A stretch of DNA of 64,000 nucleotides from Eledone cirrhosa (lineage: Eukaryota), in assembly GCA_964016885.1 (NCBI GenBank), contig OZ024742.1, forward strand, positions 58,590,001 through 58,654,000, in the 5' to 3' direction. Below the pieces are notes generated by a model. It was not told the DNA's origin and did no database searches. It saw nothing but the letters and a program-made list of their open reading frames with translations. Shown here piece by piece: positions 51,601-61,267 of this stretch (its first letter is position 1; every line of letters begins with the position of its first letter). The position numbers and the translations under genes are program-made.

Positions 51601-51846
51601 AGGCACAAAGTGCCTACATTGAAGGGGATTAGCAACCTCACTAGCATGTAATTCTTTTCCTCCTGTTGGATATTTTTTTAATATATCTCATATATACAAT
51701 AACCAAATGTATATCTTTCTGTATATATCTATTTTCAGACTGCCATATTGTTACTGCGTATTGATGACATAGTGTCTGGTGTGAAGAAGGCCGAGGGTGA
51801 CGGTACTGCCAGAGCTCCACCACCCGAGCCACAACCCAATGAATAA
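9799..51846 (+). CDS. CCT3: T-complex protein 1 subunit gamma (CCT3), 17 coding exons, 1647 nt / 548 aa
   Basis: All exons have GT..AG junctions with consistent phases. Motifs [59 protein letters not shown]. Confidence 0.97.
9918..9979 (+). CDS. CCT3: CCT3 exon 2 ([21 protein letters not shown])
   Basis: TTTTCAG acceptor, GTAAGT donor. Confidence 0.93.
11150..12030. mobile_element. Old foldback/MITE-like element with long diverged inverted arms
   Basis: CTGTAATGATTTAGCAG and TTTTTAATGTGATGCAGT near 11157-11272 are reverse complements of sequence at about 11905-12027. Related pieces near 30220 and 35715. Confidence 0.55.
12540..13490 (-). mobile_element. Heavily decayed RTE LINE
   Basis: Remnants [19 protein letters not shown] on the minus strand. 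Confidence 0.65.
13896..13946 (+). CDS. CCT3: CCT3 exon 3 ([17 protein letters not shown])
   Basis: TGTAG acceptor, GTAAC donor. Confidence 0.93.
14632..15040. repeat. Perfect palindrome with 203-bp arms and 3-nt spacer (ACA 14835-14837); probable inverted Penelope pLTR
   Basis: 14632-14834 is the reverse complement of 14838-15040 with no mismatch seen. (TA)n tracts nearby on both sides. Confidence 0.95.
14932..14997 (+). ncRNA. Minimal type I hammerhead ribozyme (mirror copy on - strand at 14675-14740)
   Basis: Stem I UAUUUUGU/AUGAAAUA, core CUGAGGA, stem II AGG..CAUAUU-GUU-AAUAUG..CCU, GAAA, palindromic short stem III AUAUAUAU, cleavage triplet AUA at 14987-14989. Confidence 0.7.
15906..15968 (+). 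CDS. CCT3: CCT3 exon 4 ([21 protein letters not shown])
   Basis: CCAG acceptor, GTAAG donor. Confidence 0.95.
16050..17060 (-). mobile_element. piggyBac (PGBD4-like) transposase remnant
   Basis: [20 protein letters not shown] and NLVATAWH. Colinear with 30890-32460. Confidence 0.75.
17252..17480. repeat. Imperfect palindrome with arms of about 112 bp (spacer TGCCT 17364-17368) carrying hammerhead cores
   Basis: Arms are reverse complements with several mismatches. Plus arm reads UAUUUUAU-CUGACGA-GGA..UACUG..CAGUA..UUC-GAAA at 17422-17471. Confidence 0.85.
17960..18056 (+). CDS. CCT3: CCT3 exon 5 ([32 protein letters not shown])
   Basis: TTTAG acceptor, GTAAGT donor, ATP-binding GDGTT motif. 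Confidence 0.95.
18335..18516 (+). mobile_element. tRNA-derived SINE (second family) with 18-bp TSD
   Basis: TSD ATTATTAAGATAGTAACG at 18317-18334 and 18517-18534. B box GAGTTCAAATCC, body CCTTTCATCCTTACGGGGTCGATAAA. Copy at about 44795-45012. Confidence 0.85.
18686..20640 (-). mobile_element. RTE LINE, disrupted
   Basis: ORF 19411-20223 carries RT motifs ([34 protein letters not shown]). C-terminal GRPRKTW. Confidence 0.9.
21105..21225 (+). CDS. CCT3: CCT3 exon 6 ([39 protein letters not shown])
   Basis: ACAG acceptor, GTAAGT donor. Confidence 0.93.
22299..22379 (+). CDS. CCT3: CCT3 exon 7 ([27 protein letters not shown])
   Basis: TCAG acceptor, GTAAGT donor. Confidence 0.92.
23054..23897 (+). 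mobile_element. Non-autonomous Helitron-like element interrupted by a SINE
   Basis: 5' TC followed by (GTTT)n-like repeats. 3' hairpin CCCGGGTATTACCAGG then CTAA|T. Confidence 0.55.
23455..23788 (-). mobile_element. CORE-type tRNA SINE
   Basis: Reverse complement of the 2599-2932 family. Confidence 0.85.
23916..24731 (-). mobile_element. Non-autonomous Helitron
   Basis: Minus strand A|TCTAATATATA ... CCCGGGTGCAACCGGG hairpin ... CTAG|T. Confidence 0.7.
24834..24939 (+). CDS. CCT3: CCT3 exon 8 ([35 protein letters not shown])
   Basis: GCAG acceptor, GTAAGT donor. Confidence 0.94.
24965..26530 (-). mobile_element. Decayed RTE LINE
   Basis: [26 protein letters not shown], (CAT)n tail at about 24965. 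Confidence 0.8.
26610..26944 (-). mobile_element. CORE-type tRNA SINE
   Basis: Same family as 2599-2932. Confidence 0.85.
27021..29835 (-). mobile_element. Young RTE-clade LINE, 5'-truncated within the endonuclease domain; intact ORF 27322-29817 (831 aa)
   Basis: APE C-terminus (SQLDFIL, SQHSLVV), RT ([25 protein letters not shown]), PHD-like finger, 3' UTR and (GAT)n tail. Confidence 0.95.
29976..30058 (+). CDS. CCT3: CCT3 exon 9 ([28 protein letters not shown])
   Basis: CTAG acceptor, GTAAGT donor. Confidence 0.95.
30342..30408 (+). CDS. CCT3: CCT3 exon 10 ([22 protein letters not shown])
   Basis: ACAG acceptor, GTAAT donor. Confidence 0.95.
30890..32460 (-). mobile_element. piggyBac (PGBD4-like) transposon remnant
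   Basis: [33 protein letters not shown]. Many disruptions. Confidence 0.8.
32483..32760. mobile_element. Tigger/pogo-like MITE (partial copy at about 63920-64000)
   Basis: TA|CAGTTGTCCCCTGGTATTCGC terminus. GGTTACGTTCCTAGAGCA-like segment shared with the window end. Confidence 0.5.
33365..33399 (+). CDS. CCT3: CCT3 exon 11, 35-nt micro-exon ([11 protein letters not shown])
   Basis: TCAG acceptor, GTAAGT donor. Phases fit both neighbours. Confidence 0.9.
33430..33776 (+). mobile_element. RTE LINE 3' end (same family as 27021-29835)
   Basis: Reverse complement of about 27052-27435. Confidence 0.85.
33777..34011 (-). mobile_element. CORE-type SINE lacking its tail, fused tail-to-tail with the RTE 3' end
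   Basis: Same family as 2599-2932. Confidence 0.8.
34480..34970 (-). mobile_element. Old RTE/BovB-like LINE fragment
   Basis: LLYGCETW motif on the minus strand at about 34852-34875. Confidence 0.55.
35916..36095 (+). CDS. CCT3: CCT3 exon 12 ([14 protein letters not shown]...[13 protein letters not shown])
   Basis: TTCAG acceptor, GTAAA donor. Confidence 0.95.
37371..37804 (-). mobile_element. Non-autonomous Helitron
   Basis: Inserted between A and T. Minus strand 5' TCTAAACTATAATAAAG, 3' hairpin AACCACCCGAAGAGTGGTT then CTAG. Confidence 0.75.
38236..38444. mobile_element. piggyBac-like MITE with TTAA ends, containing a 33-bp RTE-tail insertion
   Basis: TTAACCATTTAGCATTTA ... TAAATGCTAAAGGGTTAA. 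Confidence 0.65.
38500..38935 (+). mobile_element. CR1-clade LINE 3' fragment
   Basis: [10 protein letters not shown]...[10 protein letters not shown], matching 6990-7363. Confidence 0.85.
39501..40787 (-). mobile_element. Tc1/mariner superfamily, maT (DD37D) transposon, full length but inactivated
   Basis: TA TSDs and about 27-bp TIRs (CAGGGTGCGGACGATATTTGTTCGCAA). WQQDSAPCH followed by 37 residues to SPDCNPL(N). In-frame TGA, third Asp changed to Asn, first Asp (FSDEK) lost. Confidence 0.9.
41814..41912 (+). CDS. CCT3: CCT3 exon 13 ([33 protein letters not shown])
   Basis: AAG acceptor, GTATGT donor. Confidence 0.92.
43880..44066 (+). CDS. CCT3: CCT3 exon 14 ([24 protein letters not shown]...[13 protein letters not shown])
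   Basis: TATAG acceptor, GTAAGT donor. Confidence 0.95.
44220..44770. mobile_element. hAT (Charlie-like) MITE
   Basis: Termini CCGAGGTCCCCAACC / GGTTGGGTATACTTG. 8-bp TSD CTCTATAG/CTCTAGAG (one mismatch). Confidence 0.7.
45452..45592 (+). CDS. CCT3: CCT3 exon 15 (ALNEKAKS...[34 protein letters not shown])
   Basis: TTTAG acceptor, GTAAGT donor. Confidence 0.95.
47799..48350. mobile_element. Internally deleted Tc1/mariner-like element
   Basis: CAGGGTGAATAAA... / ...TTTATTCACTGTG termini, decayed interior. Confidence 0.5.
48777..48908 (+). CDS. CCT3: CCT3 exon 16 ([18 protein letters not shown]...QTFKTAIE)
   Basis: TCAG acceptor, GTTTGT donor. Confidence 0.95.
49788..50045 (+). mobile_element. 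5'-truncated CORE-type SINE
   Basis: Same family as 2599-2932. Confidence 0.8.
51739..51846 (+). CDS. CCT3: CCT3 exon 17, last coding exon ([17 protein letters not shown]...PQPNE*)
   Basis: TTTCAG acceptor, TAA at 51844-51846. Confidence 0.95.
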   Translation, partial: TAILLLRIDDIVSGVKKAEGDGTARAPPPEPQPNE

Positions 51847-52089
51847 ATCAATCAACACCATTCTAACTGTTTATCATGCTTTTTACCCCTCTCTCTTACT
51901 CAAAGCCATTTCTTTTGTATTGAAGTATTTTTTTTTAAATTATATATTCATGTTGAGCACATGAAATAATTGCATCAGACCATTTAACAGTTGCTTACTT
52001 TCTATGTAACCTGTGATTACCATCAGAGCTTAATTCTTTCATCAGTGTATCTGTGTTCTCACATTATTGGAGGGAACATTTAAGAATGC

Positions 52090-52112
52090 TATAATAATAA
52101 AAATAATAAAAC
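52090..52112 (+). terminator. Probable CCT3 polyadenylation signals (AATAAA twice)
   Basis: AATAATAAAAATAATAAA about 250 nt after the stop, followed by a GT/T-rich tract. Confidence 0.6.
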
Positions 52113-52189
52113 AAATATTACTGAGATAATACCTTTGTTCTTTGTTAATGTTCACTGTTTAAGTAACTTTGGTGTTAATGTTTACTGTT

Positions 52190-53100
52190 TAAAAGACAGA
52201 CATGGAAAGACTGGAAAAATAGCAGCAGCAATCACAAGTAGCTAAAAGAGAAGCTTGATGACAGGTTTACTGAGCATTTAGAGAAGCAGAAAGTAAGGGG
52301 TTTGGCAACATTCTGCAATGTGAGGATCAAAGGAATGAGGTGTTTGGCATTGTGAAGTAATGTCATTGTTTAATGTCTGCTTTCCCTGTTAGCAAAGTTT
52401 GGATGGGTCTACATAGACCAAGTCAGTACTGAAGTGCACAGCAGAGGTTGTCATGTCTTTGACACAACTGAAGGGTCTTCATGTTAGTGCAAATCTGTGC
52501 AAAAGAGTTTTTAAAATAATTCCTACTGAGAAGAAAGAGAACTGGAAATGTTACTATGAGGGGTTGATGAATGTGGAGAATGGGTAGAAGGAAGAAGTCT
52601 ACTTCTAGTAGATTCAACAGAAGGCCAGCTATTGAAATTGACAGATGGACTGTCAGAGATAGTAGTTATGATAAAATCATCTGGGGAAGTAGGAGTCGAA
52701 CTAGTCACCTGCATAACCAATCAGGTAATACATAATGATATATCCAATGACCAGTGTTGCAGTATAATAATTGTTACAAAGGAAAAGATGATACTCTAGA
52801 AAGGAGCAAATTTAGAAGTATAGAAATGGTTAAAATTATGAAAGTGATCGAAACAGTCAAATTAGATAAGTTGAAGTTTGTTTTTGTGATGGGAATAAGT
52901 ACGACAGATGCCCTCATCTTAGTGAGACAACTATAAAGCTTTTGTAGATGTGGTGGTCCTTCAGGAAACTAGATGAGTAGCTGTGTAAGCCATATACAGA
53001 GGTACTGTCAGTAAAGTGAGAGTAGGTAATGAGTTTTGCGAAAAATTTAATGTGCAAGTGGATGTTCATCAAGTCTCTAACCTTAGCTTTCTCCTGTTAT
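52190..53100 (+). mobile_element. Decayed RTE LINE fragment
   Basis: NCYKGKDDTLER and GISTTDALILVRQL. Confidence 0.7.
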
Positions 53101-54589
53101 AGCCCAGGAAAGATGTTTTTGTGGAAGACCAGCAGTCGCCCATCATGCAAGTCTCCACGTCACCAATGTAGTCCAAAGGAAAGGAAAAGGCTAATATAGC
53201 TTGGCAGTTTTACTCTAGAATTATAATTATATGAAGTTCTACAGAATTATTTTTATTTTCTTACTCAACATTGTAATATATAAGTTCGTTTCCAAAGAAA
53301 GACGTTGAAACAATGGAAGTATTTCAAATAATTTGACGCCATTTATATAAAAAGCAAACGTGACTTAATATATAATCCGTTACTAACCATATTTCACTGG
53401 TATCTCATGTAGAAGTGTACAGAAAAATGGTGAAAGATTTTTACACAATAGAGGCTTGTATTTCACTCAGATTTATCTCAATTTGTGCAGACATTGTCGA
53501 TCTTAACACCCTGTTCGGGAGATGTTTACACATTCTTTCAGTTACTCTTTTTATTGATTCTGTTCCTCATTTTAACTTGTAATATTTATTAACTATTATG
53601 TGTGACCCTTTATTACATAATATTAACGCCTCTGCTACATACTATAATATATTTAATCATTTTTTACTGTAATTAGTGAATTTAGAGGATATGCATGAAG
53701 TGAGTGCTTTGATGGATGTGCGACAAAGCATGAATGATCTGAGAAAAACTGGATACCAGAAGAATAGATATAGTATAAAAGAAAAGACTGCGCTGGTGTG
53801 GACATGATGATGATGGTGGTGAATTAACTCATTATTAAATACCCATGGCCTTTTATGGTGATGGAGCAGTGACATTTCTTATAAAAAGGTTTCTTATATT
53901 GACCCCAGACTCCAGATTTATTGTGGCAGAGAAATGAGATTACAGGAAGTTCTTGACTTCCTAAAGATATTAGCAGCATAGGTGATGTTTCTCTGAAGAC
54001 TAGCGGCTTATAAGGCCAAATCACACCAGCTTTATGTGACGTCAAACAAAATACAGTAAAGATGAGGGACCAGTCCGTCGTAAGGTTAACCCTATCCCCA
54101 CATTTACTGTTGCTACATATTTTACATTTGAATGGGCTGGAGCATTGTGAAATGACGTGCCTTGATCAAGGACACTCTGCCTGGTGTGGAAATCAAATTA
54201 TAACATTACTATCGTGAGCTTATCACTCTAACTGCTAGGCCACGCTTCTTCACAACATAAAAGAAAAGGAAGCGGTCATCAGATCGGACTGTTTCCAAGT
54301 CTTTCCATTGGTGATATCTGTCTGTTGCAACTCCTGGTAGAAGGCGGTGAGATTTGAAGTCAGAATGGACAGCGCCCGAAATCATCCTGTTTGACTTTTT
54401 AACAATTCTTCCAACACATCGCTCCGGGACTCCTACTTTATTTATCGGCCCTAATAGGGTGAAAGGCAAAGTTGACCTCGGCGGGATTTGAGCTCATTGC
54501 AAAGTCAGAATAAATACTGAAGTATTTATTCTAGCTTTGTAACGACTCTATCATTTCGCCACCTTCACTATTCTAAAAGTGTAAAGTCT

Positions 54590-54835
54590 GTCTCAAGCCA
54601 AGAGGCTCATTAGGCCGGTGCTTATCCTGGTCTCCTCGGTGTTAAGCGACTGAGAGTACACGACTCTGCCCTTCGGAGAGGATACTAATCCCTCACTGGT
54701 ACTCATTTTTAGCAGAGTATACTGGAGCAACTTGAAATGAAGTGTTTTGTTCAACACAACCCGATCCAAGAATCGGACCCACGACATTCTGATTATAAGT
54801 CAACACCTTAACCACTAAGCCACATGGCTTCACTC
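54590..54835 (-). mobile_element. CORE-type tRNA SINE variant (relatives near 8250-8470, 20713-20960, 46300-46510)
   Basis: CCACTAAGCCAC head and TGAAATGAAGTGTTTTGTTCAA core. Confidence 0.65.
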
Positions 54836-57129
54836 CACAAAATTGATGAAGTTTAAATAGCCACATGAGTATCAAAACCATATCACGATCTTGGGTGGTT
54901 CAGACATTTTACTCAATGGTACTCGTCATTTTACAAACATTTGGAAACCGATTGTAATGAGGTTTCCACAAATCACAAAATGAGTAGATTGATTTTAATT
55001 AAACTAAATTAGTGAATGGTAGTGACAAGAATAACGATTTTATATATACTTATAATTAACTTCTGGGTGTGTTTTAAACACCAACACCACAGCCATCTGG
55101 CTATCAAGGTCTTTAAGGGGAATCAGCAAACCAGGGAGACATAGGACAAGTTGTGCCTTTCGACACAAAGTAAAAAAAAAAAAAAAAATGCTACAACCCA
55201 ATGTGCGTCAACAGAGAGGGAAGAGATAGAAACGCGGTGCATGGGAGCTTAGCCGAAAGAGAAAAAAGTAGAAAGGGGAAAAATAGAAAAAAATATATTT
55301 GACTACAGTTCTCCGTATATATCTATCTGGAAGGATGCAGGCATGGCTCAATGGCTGGCTATGATGTTCTACATAATAACGCACAGATCTGGGTTCGCAT
55401 CGCAAGAGACATCGCTTTGTGTCTTCGGGTACGATTAGCAAAGACATCTAGTATTACATCACCAGTTTAATTGAGAACTCATTATCGAAGGCGTCTATAG
55501 CTAATTAATAGAGAAATAATAGTTAATTAAAGATCTCTGAATAGCTCGGGGTATCTATTAATGACAATTAACATATCTTAAATGTTTTTTCAGGGAAATT
55601 ATGTGAGTGTGTGTGTATGTACACGTATGTGTGCGTAGGTGTACACACACACACACACATGTATATATGTGTGGGCGGGCGCACAAGTGTTTCTCAATAT
55701 CCAGTCATAAGAATATATATATATATATAAATTACACATCTACACACATACAAATGACTGAGAACAGTGGAATTTGTTCACATATTTGAATAAGAAATAT
55801 AAAATTAAATTAGAACCAGTGAGGAATAAAAGTTGCAGCAATGTTGCTTTTGTTGTTGTTGTTGCTGTTTGTAGTTGTTGTTGTTGTTATATCTATGACG
55901 CTGTCTTTACGTAAATGAGAAACTCCGAATCGTGTTAGAATTATCATAAATAAAAAATTCCATTCTTTTGTTTAATTTTTTCCTCTTTATTGTAAATGCT
56001 TGGTTTCTATTTTAGCTTGGTTTTTGGTCTTAAAGTTTTATTATTAATTTGGAATTGTGAGAGTCCCAAACATAGAAAATAACTAATAACAGTCAATCAC
56101 TATAGATAATAGTTGAGAAAATTGGGTAAATATCCTTTGAAACGGAAAAAAAGTGGAAAGGAACCACCACGAGAAATCAAACTCCACATATCTCAGAAAT
56201 CGCGCACGCGAGTGCGTTAAAATTGACGAAAATACACCCAGTCCAATATTACATTTCTTAGTTTAGTAGTAGTAGTTGTTGATGTTGATGGTGGTGGTGA
56301 TGATGATGATATTGTTGTCACTGTTTTATCGGAAACGAGAAACTTCGAATCCTGTTAACCATTCCATGCCATATTTCGGGAGACACTGCCAATCAATTAA
56401 TTAATGAAGAATTTGGAGGGATTTAATAAAAAAATATTATTTAATTACCAATATGTTAATTGTAATATGATTTAAGGAAAGGTTCTTATATAAAATTATA
56501 TTTGAAGAGTTAAATTTAAATAGGACAGCTTTAAAATGGGTGGATTTGTTCCATAGAATCAGGTTATTTTTGGCTGGGTTGGTGTCAGAACGGTTGAGGG
56601 TACTAGTTGGAACACTCATCGGCGAAACTGATGGATGTCCAGTAATATATATATATCGGCCTCGGGAGTTTCGTCTGTGTATACACAGGGTCATCAGACA
56701 AGACTAATGAAGAGACATCAAGATAGGGAAAATGGACTTAAGAAGGATAAAGAGGTCAAGATTGACCGAAAGTGGCCAAAAGAGGGAGTAAAAGGGGGAG
56801 AAGGGGGAATATAGGTTAAAGGGACATAAAGATGGGAAAATAGTGGTTAAGAAGGATAATTAAGGCAACAGCGGCCTAAAGGCGCCAAATGACCCTTAGT
56901 AGAGGTGGAAGTAGGGCGAAAGGGAGATGGGAGGAAGGGAAGGAGGGTTATATTAAAGATACATAAGGAGGAAAGTTAAAGAGGGCTTAAGAAGGTTAAA
57001 GAGGGCAGAAAAGACCTAAAGTGGTTACATGACGCTGATAAGGGGAGGAAATCACACTTCAACTTGGTCTTAAAAAAATACATATAGATGTACACACACA
57101 CACACAGACACACACACTCATAGATTTTA

Positions 57130-57868
57130 ATGCACATCTTCTTCGCCCACTTATTCCTGAGAGGATCGTCAAGCACACCATCCAGTGGGTCCTGTTAAAA
57201 GCAACCGTCTTCAATTGATCCGGCTGGATCCCCAACCGAGACCAGAAGAACTCATGGATGTTATCCAACCATCGTGCTCGGGGGTCTACCCCTGGGTCAC
57301 CTGCCGGTTGGTTTTGCTCGTAAAATCTGTCCAGTAATTCTTTCCTGAGACATTCTAACCACATGGCTGTAGTATTGGAGCTGATATCTAAATTCGGAGA
57401 AGTAGCGGCTCTACATGGAGCGATTCTTTGACCTCCGAGCTACGCACACTATTGAGTAACGTTACTTCATAGACTCTTCGGAGGAACCGGTCGCTTGTGT
57501 TTGCGTTCGTATTATTTCGGTCATTACACAATGCACATAGTTAATAATTTAATGTGATATTCAACTGGACTTTAAAATTTAATATTTTCATATAGATCAA
57601 GAATTCCATTCTACTTTTCTTTAATGTTTCCCTCGTCGCCACTCCACAATCCACGACTTTCGCATCTAGCAACACTTATAACTTAACAATTCTCGCTTTC
57701 CCACAGTTCATTTACGTCGCTGCCTTTTCTAATAACACTAATGAGTAGAATATTGCTTCCACGGGTACACAACTCTCACTGAAGCCGTAGAGGCACCCTC
57801 TTGGTATACCGTCTTTATAAGCCTGTTGGCGCCCATCCATTTCCAGAGCACAGTCGATTTCTTCTATA
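57130..57868 (-). mobile_element. Old RTE (Expander-like) LINE C-terminal fragment
   Basis: Minus frames give RFLRRVYEVTLLNSVRSSEVKESLHVEPLLLRI and FWSRLGIQP. Confidence 0.6.
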
Positions 57869-57869
57869 G

Positions 57870-60014
57870 GGGGATGACATAGGCAACTTCCGGCCCATAA
57901 CTCTGCTAAACACAGAGTTACAGATTTTGGCCAAGGTGTTGGCAAAGAGGCTGGCGCTTGTCGTCGAGAACCTGGTGGGAGAAGCGCAGACATGCGCGAT
58001 CCCGACCAGGTCCATACACGACAACCTCCACCTCATGCGATACATCATAGAGAGGGTAGGGTGTAAACCCGGCTTCGGTGGGGCCCTGATCAACTTGGAT
58101 CAGTCTAAGGCTTTCGATAGGGTTGACCATCGTTACCTGGATGCGGTGCTCGAGGCGGCAGGCTTCGGACCCGTGTTCAGGGGCTGGATTGCTGCAATGC
58201 ACAACAGCAACATCTGCTCAAGGGTCAAGGTGAACGGTTACCTCTCGGAGCCGTTCCATATTACGCGATCCATTCGACAGGGATGCCCTCTCTCCTCCCT
58301 TCTGTACGTACTGACTCTCGAGCCACTACTGCGGAAGCTGGAGCTATTGCAGGGCATCCCTCTGGAACCGGGACTGCGGAAAGCGGCGTCGGCCTACGCC
58401 GACGACGTGACAGTAATGGTGTCGAGCGCCTCGCAAATCGAGGAAGTCGGCACCTTACTAAAGGAATACGAAAGTCTCACAGGAGCGAAGCTGAACCGGG
58501 ACAAGTCCATCGGTTTGCAACTCGGATCGTGGAGAGGCAGACCGATGCCTTCCGATGGCGTCGTCGGACGCTGGACGGAAGGACCGGTAAAGCTGCTCGG
58601 GGTCTGGTTTGGTCCGGACCTCCAGGTGGAGAAGAACTGGAACGAAGTGACGGCCAAGGTGTTTGCACTCACCCAGAAGTGGGCCGAGTGCAAACTATCC
58701 TTGAAAGGTCGAGCGGAGGTGGCGAACACTTTTATAGCGTCCGCCATCTACTACCGCTTGACCGTCGTGCCTTGTCCAGCCAAAACGCTCGCCAAAATGG
58801 AGCGCGCCCTCTTCCGATTCCTTTGGAAGAGGCGGGCTCCTTTGGTAAGAAGATCCATCTGCTGCCAACACCCTTCTAACGGAGGGCTGGGGATGCCGTG
58901 GTTGACGATGCGCAAACACGCGCTCAGGCTGCGGCATCTCTACGTATTCCTCACCGGACAACCGGTGTGGGCCCCGTTCGTGAGGCGAGCCTTCCCACGA
59001 CTCGTCTCGCTGACCGAGCTGCAGTCCTGGGTCAAGCAGAGACCGAGGAAAATGGGCGACTGGCACATCGAATGTGCTCAGGCGCTCACAGCCCTCTGGC
59101 AGGCGGACCCGGCGATCAGTGGAGACTCCACTTCGTCATTCTATAGAGGGTTGGTCCGCAGCAAGTGCGACGACGCGCTCGGTGAAACTCTAGGCGTGGA
59201 GGAAGATGAACTGGCCAGTCTGTTCGGTAGGACCTTCCGCCCGGGACCGATGGACAACTTCCAAAAGTCCCTGGCCTGGCAGTGCTACCGAGGAGCTCTA
59301 CCAGTTCGAGACAAGCTCTACAGACATGGGCGCCCGGGCAGGGACCCTGCAAAAAAGATCTGTCCGAGGTGCGTGCGAGACGAAGAAACCGTCGCGCACG
59401 CATTCATACACTGCCCGGGCGTCACTGACCTGTGGGGCTATGTAGAACGACTATTGTCGCGGGTGGGACCAATCCAGTTGACCACCGAGTCCATTGTCAT
59501 GATCAAACCGCCACCCTCCTTCAAAAACGAAGGAGAGGCGGTTTTCCTTTGTGTGATAGCTATGGCGAAAGAGGTTGTATGGTGGACAAGGTTGAAAGGG
59601 CTGAGGTCAGACACCTTTCTCTCCGGCCAACAACTGATTCTTTTTTTCAAATACCACTTTGGAAGAAGAATCAGGATGGAGAGAGAGGTGCTGTACCCCA
59701 GCAAGTTTTATGAAAGGTGGGTGAAAGTGGCGAGAATGGCCCGAGTGAATGGGCCTTCTCTCTATATCAGCCTGTAGGTTGAGGAAAAGGAGGAGGAGAG
59801 GAAAGGAGTACAAGCTCTTCGTACTCCTGGAGATGAGGGTTGCACATTTTTTTCGGGGGTCTGTGTTACCCATATAAACTGTCTCCCTCTATTGGGGAAA
59901 ATCGACTAACTTTTAAATTCCATCTGTGATAACATTTTACACGTTTTTATTGTATGTAAACTTCCCCCTTTGTATTTGTCCCCTTCTTTTGTGCCCCTGT
60001 GGCTAATAAAGAAA
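57870..60014 (+). mobile_element. Tx1/L1-clade non-LTR retrotransposon, 5'-truncated, intact RT-to-zinc-finger ORF ending at 59777
   Basis: NFRPITLLN, LDQSKAFDRVDH, IRQGCPLS, AYADD, GGLGMP, CPRC...ETVAHAFIHC. GC-rich body, AATAAA, then (TATC)n. Confidence 0.92.
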
Positions 60015-60016
60015 TA

Positions 60017-60055
<39 letters not shown>

Positions 60056-60063
60056 TTATCTAT

Positions 60064-60546
60064 GAGAGGCGATTTTCCTTTGTGTGATAGCTATGGCGAA
60101 AGAGGTTGTATGGTGGACAAGGTTGAAAGGGCTGAGGTCAGACACCTTTCTCTCCGGTCAACAACTGATTCTTTTTTTTCAAATACCACTTTGGAAGAAG
60201 AATCAGGATGGAGAGAGAGGTGCTGTACCCCAGCAAGTTTTATGAAAGGTGGGTGAAAGTGGCGAGAATACCCGAGTGAATGGGCCTTCTCTCTATATCA
60301 GCCTGTAGGTTGAGGAAAAGGAGGAGGAGAGGAAAGGAGTACAAACTCTTCGTACTCCTGGAGATGAGGGTTTCATATTTTTTCGAGGGGTATGTGTTAC
60401 CCATATAAACTGTCTCCCCCTATTGGGGAAAATCGACTAATTTTTTAAATTGCATTTGTGATAATATTTTACACGTTTTTATTGTATGTAAACTTCCCCC
60501 TTTGTATTTGTCCCCTTCTTTTGTGCCCCTGTGGCTAATAAAGAAA
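60064..60546 (+). mobile_element. Second, short 3' copy of the Tx1 element inside a (TATC)n tract
   Basis: Near-duplicate of 59533-60014. Confidence 0.9.
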
Positions 60547-60597
60547 CATATCTATCTATCTATCTATATATCTATCTATCTCTCTCTATATATATAT

Positions 60598-60870
60598 GTA
60601 AAAGGTAAACAGAAATAACAACACAGTCGGTACAGTATATGGAAGGAATATATTAGGTTAACGCTTGAAATAGCAGGAAGAGGGTTTTAACGTTTCGGAC
60701 GCTAGTCCTTCATCAGAAGAAAGAATGAGAAATAAGAAAAATTGAAGGGACTGGCGGGTTGGAATTGGAAAAAATGTCTTTAGATAAAAATAACAGGTCC
60801 ATTCATGTTGACCACTCTTGGAAAACTGTTGGTGCTGGCGTTTTGTGTATGATTTATTTTTTTTAGAGAG
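60598..60870 (-). mobile_element. Hammerhead-bearing short repeat, copy 2 (motif 60685-60720)
   Basis: Minus strand CUGAUGA-AGGACUAGCGUCC-GAAACGUU. Confidence 0.7.
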
Positions 60871-61267
60871 AGAGAGAATATACTCTAAAACCAGAGAGTT
60901 ACTCAATTTTTTGATCTAGAAAGGATGAAAGGCAAAGCTGATCTCAGTGGGATACGAACTCAGAATGCAGTAAATAAGAGCCAGAACAATTACAATAAAA
61001 GTCTTCTATTTCACAATCTAACGACTCTACAGAATGGCACCACATTTTATAACCAAATTATGCAAGTCTTCGAATGTTTGGGTTTATTATGTTGTTCGAT
61101 CACAGTTAGTTCCGACGATGAGTGTTCCAGTTATTGGATCAACGGAACAACCTGCTCCTGAAATTACCATGCAAATGGCTGAGCATTCCACAGATACATA
61201 GTATCTGTGTTCTCAGAAAGATTCATCGGTGTGACACAATGTGTGAATGACTGGCACAACTCATTTT

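Noticed and set aside
57059-57364. 101-aa minus-strand ORF as a novel gene
   Set aside because: Frames around it give RTE C-terminal motifs, so it is a frameshifted LINE relic.
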